This document shows positions 20,401 to 28,300 of a stretch of 64,000 nucleotides of DNA, in pieces (position 1 is the stretch's first letter; each line of letters begins with the position of its first letter). The notes under the pieces are model-generated. The model had not been told where the DNA came from. It made no database searches and saw only the letters and a program-made list of their open reading frames with translations. The stretch covers positions 10,826-74,825 of the IMG/VR virus record IMGVR_UViG_3300020418_000005, one strand, 5' to 3'. Source of the DNA: a virus. The position numbers were made by a program, and so were the translations under genes.

Positions 20401-23400
20401 TGGAGTTAATAATTTATTAGCACCAGCTGCTCCTACATCAACAGTAATAGTTTCAGCTGATGTTGCTATGATTGGAATAGATCTTCCAGAAACATAATCA
20501 ACTGATGCACGAGGATAAGTCTTTTGACTTTGATTACTATCCATCGTACATGTAAATGTAAGTGAATCATCAGCAATAACAATTCCTTCATCTATAGTTA
20601 AATTATGAGATCCAATAGTTAAAACTAATAGACCAGTTGCAGAATTATAAACAGCGTTTGTTGGAGTAAATGTTTGGTTTGCTCCTGCTACACCAACATC
20701 AACTGTGATTGTAGTTGTAGTTACTGCAGTTACAGGTCTATTATTACCAAATGCTGGTTGTCCTTCTTGTGGATAACTATGCTCTGTAACATTATTATCC
20801 ATCGCACAAGTCATTGTTAATGCATTTTCAGCAATTCTAACTTCATTAGATGTCGTTACGCCATGACCAGAACCAACTGTCAATTCTAATTCACCATTTG
20901 CTGGATTGTAAGAAGCATTTGTTGGAGATAATATTCCAGATGCAGCACTTGAAGTAGCATCAAGAAGTATATTCCAATCTTCAAACTTAGGAATAGGTGA
21001 TGAGAGTTGCGTTGGATTGTAAATTATGATTGTTCCATTAGTTACAGAACCTACGTATGTGTGAGCAACACCAGCAGCAGGACCTGCATCTCCAACATTA
21101 CATGTAATTGTTGTTGTAGTTCCGTTACTTACAAGGTTTGATATGTTAAAACTTTTTCCATAGGATGGATCTGTTTTTGCAGGACCAGGATGGTTTGCTG
21201 TTACACCGTTATATGTACATGAGAAATTAAGTGCCTCTTCTTTGAATGCGATTCTATCTCCAATCGAAACTGGAATCAAAGGAGCAGGGAATGAAACAGT
21301 TAATTCACCTGATGTAGAATTATATGTTGAGTTATTTGGTGTAACCTCTAATACGTTTCCATCAGTCCAGTTACGCATTGCTGCGATAGCATATACTTTT
21401 GCTCTTCCAACAGCATATAAAGTTGGTGCACGTTGTGCTTCTTGAACACCAGTTAATTGTGTTCCTGTAAAGTATGATTCAGCAGCAGTTAAAATACCAT
21501 CATTACCACCTAACACTAAGTCTCTAATTAGACCATCTAATATTTTTCTAACATCTCTACGACATTTTCTTTCTGATGTGTCATCAAGATTTAAAAATGG
21601 GAAGTAATTTACTGTATCACGTAATGCTTGATCTGCAATAAGAACTTTGTTTCTAGAAATTAGATATGCAGCATCTAGATATGTTCCACTAGCATTGTTA
21701 GCAATGACATCATTCCATAAGAATGCTAGAGTATCAATAGCAGATGTTACATCATTACAAGCATTTCCACTATTGTTAACACTACCATCTGCATTTAACA
21801 AAGCGGTATTTGTAATTACAGTGTCATCAAAGTATCTTGTTAGACTAGAATATTTTGGTGTATAGATTGGTTCTGTAGGAGTTCCAGTTCCAGTTCTCCA
21901 GTTTCTTACGCAATATATTGCTAACTGTCTAGCATATTCAATAGCACGAACATTTTCTATAATTTCATCATCAATATATGTTATCTTACCACCAACAATA
22001 TACTTCTGAGCACCTTCAATAATGTTATGGTTTGTACCAAATTCTAAGTCTCTTATAAGAGCGTTGATAAAGTGAATAACATCTTGCTTACATTGTGTAT
22101 CACCATCATCTCCTGATGCACTATATGCACTGTATGCAGGATATATTTTATTACCAGCACTACAGGATAGAGTCATTCCCTCTAGTTTTATGACATCATC
22201 TTCTGCTAATCCTGCTATGGGTGACGCAGTTGTAACAGTAGCATTACCTGTAACGATATTATCGTAAACAAAATTAGTTACATTAACAGTGGTTCCACCA
22301 AATGTTACTGTACCACCAGAAACATATGTGTGTTCTTGTCCAGTAAGTCCAACAAATATTTTAAATGTACTTCCAGAAATATCATAAACAGAATAATGGA
22401 ATCTTGCAAACTGATTATTAACCTCACCAAGAACTTCCTCAGCAATAAACTCTCTGTTGTTACGAAGGAATGTACAAGCGTCTTGGAATCTTCTTTCTAC
22501 AGGAGTAGATAGCGGGAAACTGTTTGGAGAGTTTAGAAGTGAAAGTGTAATAGACTTTGAAAAAGTTTTTACAACAGCAAATTGACCAGGATCTAGATTA
22601 CCATCTGTGATCGCTGGCATCTTTTTAGGAATTACAAATCGTCTGCAACGACCATCAGCATCTTCAATTACTTTGTAAATTCTTTGCTTACCATTTAATA
22701 CTGATAAATCAGGACTAGAAGTTGGTAGTCCTTCAATTAAAATTTCTTGACCTTCTTTAAACTCGTGAGTGTTATTTCTACCAACCAATGCGTTTGTATA
22801 GAATACAATACCACCTAAATCTTCTGCATTACCAAACTGTGCATTTTGAAAACCACCTTGAGCAATACTAGGATCACCTTGTAATGAGAAATCAATTCTA
22901 GAAATAGGTAATGATGAAACGTAATCTTCGTCAACAGATACAACTTCACCCTCAGCTCTAATTGATTTAAGAGAATTTGTATTTAAAGTATTGACTGTAG
23001 CATTTCCTGTAAAGGTTTCTATTTGTGCTGTGAATGCATTGTTCCAACCAGTAGCACCTAGAAGAGGTACAAATGTTACTTCCCATGCTGTAGGAGTGTT
23101 GACATCATTAGGTTCAATTAAAGCAACTTCGTAATATCCAGTTGATGCAGTAAATGCTGGATTACCAGCGTCGGAAAGATATACATATGTTCCTGTAGGA
23201 ATTGCACTTGTAGGATCTTGAGTATATGTAATTTTATTAGCAGCTGTTGTACCTGATGTTGTCAATGATTGTTGAGCACCAGTCGTAATTGAAACTACGT
23301 AATTAAATTGTTCACCTTCTACAAAAGAACCACTGACTAATTTAACATCAATAGTACCAGAGACATATGCACTAGCACCAGTTGTTTGAGCAAAATTAAC

Positions 23401-24822
23401 AGCAATAATATCTGCCCTTGCACCAGTGTTAACACCAACAACTTGTAAACCAGTAGCTAAATTTGCTAAACCAGTGTTATCTTGGAAACCAACACGGAAC
23501 TGTTGAGGTCCGAATATCTGATGACCTATAGGCCAAGATGTTCCAGCATCTCCATTTGCTTCTTTATCAATTATGACTCTTTGCTTATCGTCAAAGACCA
23601 TAGCAAAGTCCCAAGTAGCAACAGGGTCACCGTTAGAGTCAATCTTATCTCTATAGGTAACACCAATCACATAGTTCTTATCACCAAACTTAAATATATG
23701 TTTCTGTGGGTTAGCAGGACGAATGATAACCAAACGTAAGTTATCTCCAACAACTGATGCATCAGGAGGTAGTGATATTGGGTTATCTTCTACATAGTCA
23801 CCACCAGATACAATAATAGTTTCTTTAACGCCAGGTGTTGCCCATGCTAATTGTGCAGCTTTTTTAATACTTCTAACTGGGTTTACAGCAGATCGACCAT
23901 CGTTAAGGTCAGAACCAATCTGTTGTGAAACGTAAATACGACCACCAACGTCATTCGTTGCTAAGTTAAGGACGTATTCTGTAGTTGCAATCTTGTCTGA
24001 TCTGTCACCTAATAGAGGTGTAATAGATCTTGGAAACTCTCCTGCAGGTCCTGTCTCACTATATCCAAATGCATTAGTATCTACAACACGGAAACCAATA
24101 TGTTTGAACTGTACTTCACCATTTAATGCAATACCATCTGTATGTACAGGAGCATCAGAACCTGTCTGTCCAGAGTTTAATGCTTGGTATACGTTTGCTC
24201 CAAAATATCTGTAAGCATTTGTCTGTAGAATAATATTTGGAGACCAAAGAGTACCAGAGTTATTAACAAATGTTTTTAAAGATGGTGCTCTAAATGCTGC
24301 GTTAGGAGTAACAAAATTGTCAATATCAAGGTTTAGGATTCTCGCAGTATCTGAGATGATAGAAGTTGAGGTTCTAATCGCACCGTTAATGTCAAGTTCA
24401 AAGTCTACAGTATCAAGAACTGCTGTTGCAGCAGCACCAACACCACCACCGCCTGATAAAGTAACAAGAGGTGCTTGTGTATATCCACTGCCTGGTTCGT
24501 TAACAGCAACAGAAACAACTTGTCCGTTAAAGATAAAGGCAGAACCTTGTGCTTGTACACCTCCACCTGGTGGTGCAGCAATTGTTACAGTTGGTGGTGA
24601 TATGTATCCAGAACCACCAGCATCTATCTGAACGTCATTAACTCTCTGACCCGTTCTGTTGATACCAACACGTGGCAATCCTGTACTAGCGTCTAACTGC
24701 GTTCTTAGTATTTCTTTTTCATCAGAACCAGTCCCGCCTCTAACGGTAAGTTCATTGTCGCCGATAAGTTTCGGGTTGACGCCCCTAAACTTTTCTTTAT
24801 CGGAATTAATATGAATTGCCAT
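14449..24822 (-). CDS. Giant tail fibre protein (3457 aa)
   Basis: GGSGY..PTVT repeats, KIATTEYV, GLDADLLDG/DADKLD, VLKTGDTMTG, VGINT.NP...L.V.G trimeric fibre repeats; CTAAATA site near 24863. Confidence 0.88.
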   Translation of the reverse strand: MAIHINSDKEKFRGVNPKLIGDNELTVRGGTGSDEKEILRTQLDASTGLPRVGINRTGQRVNDVQIDAGGSGYISPPTVTIAAPPGGGVQAQGSAFIFNGQVVSVAVNEPGSGYTQAPLVTLSGGGGVGAAATAVLDTVDFELDINGAIRTSTSIISDTARILNLDIDNFVTPNAAFRAPSLKTFVNNSGTLWSPNIILQTNAYRYFGANVYQALNSGQTGSDAPVHTDGIALNGEVQFKHIGFRVVDTNAFGYSETGPAGEFPRSITPLLGDRSDKIATTEYVLNLATNDVGGRIYVSQQIGSDLNDGRSAVNPVRSIKKAAQLAWATPGVKETIIVSGGDYVEDNPISLPPDASVVGDNLRLVIIRPANPQKHIFKFGDKNYVIGVTYRDKIDSNGDPVATWDFAMVFDDKQRVIIDKEANGDAGTSWPIGHQIFGPQQFRVGFQDNTGLANLATGLQVVGVNTGARADIIAVNFAQTTGASAYVSGTIDVKLVSGSFVEGEQFNYVVSITTGAQQSLTTSGTTAANKITYTQDPTSAIPTGTYVYLSDAGNPAFTASTGYYEVALIEPNDVNTPTAWEVTFVPLLGATGWNNAFTAQIETFTGNATVNTLNTNSLKSIRAEGEVVSVDEDYVSSLPISRIDFSLQGDPSIAQGGFQNAQFGNAEDLGGIVFYTNALVGRNNTHEFKEGQEILIEGLPTSSPDLSVLNGKQRIYKVIEDADGRCRRFVIPKKMPAITDGNLDPGQFAVVKTFSKSITLSLLNSPNSFPLSTPVERRFQDACTFLRNNREFIAEEVLGEVNNQFARFHYSVYDISGSTFKIFVGLTGQEHTYVSGGTVTFGGTTVNVTNFVYDNIVTGNATVTTASPIAGLAEDDVIKLEGMTLSCSAGNKIYPAYSAYSASGDDGDTQCKQDVIHFINALIRDLEFGTNHNIIEGAQKYIVGGKITYIDDEIIENVRAIEYARQLAIYCVRNWRTGTGTPTEPIYTPKYSSLTRYFDDTVITNTALLNADGSVNNSGNACNDVTSAIDTLAFLWNDVIANNASGTYLDAAYLISRNKVLIADQALRDTVNYFPFLNLDDTSERKCRRDVRKILDGLIRDLVLGGNDGILTAAESYFTGTQLTGVQEAQRAPTLYAVGRAKVYAIAAMRNWTDGNVLEVTPNNSTYNSTSGELTVSFPAPLIPVSIGDRIAFKEEALNFSCTYNGVTANHPGPAKTDPSYGKSFNISNLVSNGTTTTITCNVGDAGPAAGVAHTYVGSVTNGTIIIYNPTQLSSPIPKFEDWNILLDATSSAASGILSPTNASYNPANGELELTVGSGHGVTTSNEVRIAENALTMTCAMDNNVTEHSYPQEGQPAFGNNRPVTAVTTTTITVDVGVAGANQTFTPTNAVYNSATGLLVLTIGSHNLTIDEGIVIADDSLTFTCTMDSNQSQKTYPRASVDYVSGRSIPIIATSAETITVDVGAAGANKLLTPTNAQYDPNTGDMILTVGQHGLGVGRGIVIVDNSLVFTCAQDGNATNHSYPRPSDPASGTSRTITAVSESQHTVSNATYTPSTGVMVVTSNGHGFSDGDYVKFDDDSLTFTCSLDGNATNHTYPRATDRASGRWLQIFNKTNNTFEVNVGITAFGGTHTFVTATSNGLKRQTGTLTVNVGTSSNTTNHTFVAAAADAIQHYPQSVHTFVSASTGAIIHQPSAAHTFKRMDANSVSVYAAGAAPLCAGVATSINTIMSTLTDVLDGTTAAGSTPRTYGTLFDASLLFTYPDSFLYDEFNRRVAIRGDFDDFPIIEASPYTQNASVISFLGGGGALVDGSKVKQPNCPFPGLELDGTASFPNQGKSMVASAFTIVSFGGTGYKVINDGYTQLVSVFVIFCQDGVLAESGGYCSITNSATNFGTYALRGVGYRAECYEFDQGIISNVSATPTGRTILTVSGLGREPLEHYVGKIDGYRNTNTNIEYFIDVVAGVTVGPPFSAQLTFDDGTGQGMDLTDLNTGNPVSTGVLLGKNIKLHRPSIVNSSSHTWEFAGSGTNYLALPENGGTKIEAYEQVSELYGRVYVSGTDELGDFKVGTFARIENRTGAITFTGTVTISEVEFLKLKGGDVVVTGFDASNTLGGANSSDSKLPTQKAVRDYITNSLGPYINKPYSTNAVPRALVELTDSGKISIDQIPALRPFSVFTVANQAERTSLEGALAGDIAIQQDTSQSFILNNDLESLFLGFAVDTSLAFTIGDIFEGSISGGRIQSTEYRQGVVYTVNITNGGSGYTVAPTVSFSGGNPAAGAVSAAATCTIANGQVVTVTIVEFNGFKGGKGYTTQPTVTFSAPPGAGTQAQGSPLIESRLYGNIVNNIKIEDTDTVDDSSTPSANTVNINRTINTSSFNVNNWVSLSSNQIAASDITSGVIETDRLASGGAANSFTFLRGDQNFALAVQSVKGAETRYFAKLASQCNTGSSSMVFTTNSDVLIGHDVLQGIAGIQANTSITGVVTAAGLTTIALNNPVTQNIPLGTIIEFERGESPMTFESTFTQGGFVDDVIIANGGSGFTNGQYFDQPLQGGTGTGLKANIVVSGNTVTELTVTDGGTGYNADFSITVAPSSIGGGSSLVLNAKVSTVNRQYANVSLDINRVTDLTISADLYGTIGVSRYKKSQFNIGQAGNGSVELKTGPDSGLDADLLDGQQGNYYTNANHLFAGQVPQDRLGGIYGIDISGSSANTIRLQTGTNNPTSNPNPNSFVEGVISNTVFNSSNGLGTAYPSVNTGIGTGTSTKHLVLTIRNGASGFDASFGGVRQLAFANDDNMYLRGSGNGVSTWNSWAKVWTSLSDGVDSGMDADKLDNRQGAWYQNALNINYGTLSDNRLPRFISETKFRDKVTIKAFAGDPKFRIYVSGQILNTAPFIPGDPNNPSVNLYNANAQGVGSFVIDNVITNDDVNDNFNDFTILIGRLTSGNFAGALTVGTASNRVEFDDFTIEDGNTLEVCNLHSDGGVGQLQLGRKDGNATTPRILFNSSQLAASYNAKIEASGGNASAGSGSLNVDVVNADGFTIKNQVVWNQGNIQFSSSNTPNYAVQRDGSGNFSAGTITANLVGSASLNVLKTGDTMTGSLNITGGTSGLTVAGITNLNNFTNVNNDLNVSGALFVDVSAYEVGINTTNPASTLHVQGNDGILIRTSSNGVGAKIKFSDHQGGYTQQGTFQYKHQDGSISGTPWNDGWELFGSEALTGFKVFGDIVAERRLGVNNNNPSYTLDVGGNARFTTGAYIDSANDNSGAPIYFLGSNSQRNFRIGNQIGHNNAFEITPSTNNGGQNWDSTPAIYVRGDRRVAINTSAISGVDSESNTTRSYYLNVQGDMNINGQLFQNNSEFVTSRWTEASNNLDIYRLSRVGINRTNPTYQLHISGDTNIENGFLYANGVKQWIDSYGIFKSNSNTVAENITIPANINCVSAGPITIANGYTVTINSGGNWAIV
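19697..21345 (-). repeat. Five ~90-aa protein repeats (TP.NA.Y...TG.L.LT...FTC..D.N...H.YP) within the tail fibre
   Basis: Visible in the translation; divergent at DNA level. Confidence 0.85.
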
Positions 24823-24874
24823 GTCGCAGTTTAACTCCCAGAACCTGTATTATCCTCAGTTATATTTAGCATCA

Positions 24875-25375
24875 TCAAACCCAAGCTAGACTAGTAACTC
24901 TGGTAGATGCTGCCCATTTAATTGTGGCAGTAGTACCAGCTCTAACTGTTGAATATGAAAATCTATTTGCAGCACCTACGGGAACGATAGACCAAGTTTG
25001 ACCTGAGGGAATGTCATCTTTAATCACAGTCTCCATTGTAGACATGACAGAAACGTTGCCACTACCATCGCAATAGACTGCAGACTCTAGTTTGTTAGTA
25101 AAAACAACTCCAGAATCATTAACTGCAATAATGTGACCAGTCACAAAATTCATAGTATTATTAGCAATAGGAATTTGAGTTCCTACACTATCCAATGCTA
25201 GAGATGCAGTATTAACACCTCTCAAAATATATGTTGTTGTATTGCTATCTGAGTATTGTGAATTTTTAATTTCAAGTGTGTTGAAATCTTTACCATTCCT
25301 AAGTTCATCAATAACTGCGGTTCTAGCAATAGAAAAACCACCAGTTGAATCAAACTTGTCTATAGTAGTTGCCAT
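24875..25375 (-). CDS. Virion structural protein (hypothetical)
   Basis: 166-aa beta-rich ORF within the structural operon. Confidence 0.7.
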   Translation of the reverse strand: MATTIDKFDSTGGFSIARTAVIDELRNGKDFNTLEIKNSQYSDSNTTTYILRGVNTASLALDSVGTQIPIANNTMNFVTGHIIAVNDSGVVFTNKLESAVYCDGSGNVSVMSTMETVIKDDIPSGQTWSIVPVGAANRFSYSTVRAGTTATIKWAASTRVTSLAWV

Positions 25376-25377
25376 TT

Positions 25378-28300
25378 TTATTTCTTAGTGATTGTTGATG
25401 AGAAGGTAATCTTCACTGAGTTAGTAGCAGGAACGTTTGCTCCTAACACTATATTTAACCTTGCTTCATTACCAGCGGTAAATTCAAACGAAGGAACAAT
25501 GAGTTGATAATCTGTTCTCAAGTTACCATACTCAGTATGGAATACATCTGTGCCATCATCTGTGACACCAAATTCAATGAACTCTTTTTCACCATCTTGT
25601 AAGTTTTCTGCAACAACAACTACCTTCGCTCCTTTCGCAGTTGCAACTTCATATATGTTAGATCCACCATTGTTTGATGATCCCTTAGTTAATGTTATTG
25701 TCTCAGATAAGATTTTAACATCAGCAAGTTCAAACTCTTTTAGATCTCCATCAAAAACTTTAACACCATTATAATTACCAGTTCCAAAACCAGTATTCAA
25801 ATACACATCACCTTGATCATCTAATCTAAGAATAGGATCTACATAAACACCTGTAGAAACACCAAGATCAAAATACTGTTTTGAAGTATGTAGGAATGTG
25901 CTTAGTGTATTTGTATTATCAAATGTAGTTTCTGCATTATTAAATGTCATCAAGTTTGCAGTAATCTCAAACTGTTGACTTGTCAGAGATCTAATTGTAT
26001 CTACTGAATAGAAATCAAGTGCAGTTGTTGTTAACTGCATTGTATTACTTCCATCATTGTAGAAATACAAGGTGTTCTCATTTGCACCAGGTGCAGTCTC
26101 AGGAATTATATAAGTGTTTTGATCAACGTCTTTTACTCCACCAAGTGAACCCCAGTTAGTTCCATCATAACCTTCGTAAGTTAGAGTTGTAGTATTATAT
26201 CTGATAGATCCTTGCTCAGCTGTTCCTCTCTCAGCAGTAGTTCCATTTGGAATTACAAGAGATGTTGGAGCATCAACAATAACTCTCTTACCAGAGTTAG
26301 GTCTAAGTAACAGATCACTGATGTCTGTATTAATTACATTGTCAAATAATCTTAAATCGCCATTAATACTTAATGGAAGATCTCCTAGAGGTCCTATTCT
26401 TAACTCCTCAATATCTTCAAATGTTAGAGGAGCAACCGCTAATTGTGAATATGTAAGTTCTGCAGAACCATTTTGTAATGCACCAGATGTGTGAACTGGT
26501 TCATTACCACTTGTAGCGGTAGTACCAGCACCTGTTACTTCATATAAGTTATTTTTGTACTTAACATATTGACCTAAAGTTACAGGAGTATTCGCATTCC
26601 AATCAACATATGCAGGAGCAGATACGTTCACAGAACGCATCTTCTTCATGTTTACAAATTCTAAATGATTTGGTGTAACTCTAATTGTATTAATATTATC
26701 ATTAATAAACCATAGAGTATTATCATTAGCACCAACAGTTTCCTCTGCTAAGATTGTAGTATTTCCATCTAAGTCTCTTACACCACCTAGAGATGACCAT
26801 GATAAAGAGTTAGTACTATATCCTTCATACTGATTCGTATCTGTGTTATATCTGATACAACCATCTTTTACAATACCAGCAGTAGGTCTCTCTGCTGTAT
26901 TACCAACAGGAATAGCAATAGCAGTGTTGGTTAAGACATCAGCAATTCTTCCTGTATCAGGAACAACTAGAACATCATATCCACCAAGAGATGATAGACT
27001 ATTGTTAGAACTTAATAATTTAAGATAATCACCAACAGCAACAGCATCACCTTTTATTTCTCCAGTACCTGTAATGTTACCACTCGTTGCTGAAATTTGA
27101 ATTGTAGATCCTATATTAAGACCAGCAGCATCAACGACAAGACTATTTGTTAATGGATCTGTAACCGCAAGAGATAGGTTTTCATTTGAAGCCGCAGTAA
27201 TAGAACTTGTTACAGTAGCAGCAAGAGTTGCAGTCGCACTGACAGTTGCATTTGCAATGAGGGCAGCAGTTATATCTGCATCTGGTGATACTAATTTTTG
27301 TACACTAAATTCACCATCATCTACTTTACCTTTTACAACTTCTTCTACAACAACATCAGTAACTGTTATCTCTAGACCACTACCAAATGTCTTAGGGTTG
27401 TTTGTGCTGACAGTCATCACTGCCTCATCACCATCATCACCACCCTCGTTAATATGATCTGCGTTTTCTGTAGCACAGAAATAGTAAAGATTAGGTGTGT
27501 CGTCAGCGATCTTAATTGTATGATTTGTTCCGTCTACAGTTACACCATTTGTGTATGTTGCACCAAAGAAATTAAATACGACTGCTCCAGCAGTAGTTGG
27601 GTTTGCACTTAACGTAAGTGTGGTTCCGTTGACGACTGATAGTACAGTTGTACCATCAGGAATAATACCATCTCCAGATACTTTCTCAACAGCAAATCCT
27701 GCTTGAATACCAGTTGTCGAAGCGACTGTAATAGTTGGTGTATTAGCACTTAATGTTGTACTTACATTTTCAACTCTACTAGGTGCCCATCTACCATCAG
27801 GGAATTGAGATAAAGCAAATACATGACTACCATTTGAGTTATCACTTAAATCAAACGTATAACTGTTACCAGCATACACTGTCCAAGAAGGAGTCATTAC
27901 TGCTCCGTTACCATCGTTAAGATCTATAAAGTAACGATATTCAGTAACAGCAGTATTAATATTATATGCTACTGTTGGGGCAGAGTCTTTTACAAGAGTA
28001 AATCCATCTTGAAAACCAAATGTATCACAAACAATATATGAAATATTATTGTTGGCATTGGTTTTAACTTTTTGAACTTTAACTGGAGTACCAGCAGAAG
28101 TAATTGATGAAATTGTTAGCGTAATGTTATCAGCAGGAGTTGCTCCACCAACAGATGCACCTGGTAGTGTAACTGTATCATTCACTGCATAGAAGTAACC
28201 TTCAGATCCTGTGGTAACAGTTGCAGATAACACATCACCCACAGCGTCTCTAGTAACATCAAACGTTGCACTACTACCATTTCCAGATGTTTGACTAGGT

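Noticed and set aside
12014-24822. Diversity-generating retroelement or invertible tail-fibre cassette
   Set aside because: No reverse transcriptase or invertase and no near-identical template/variable repeat pair seen
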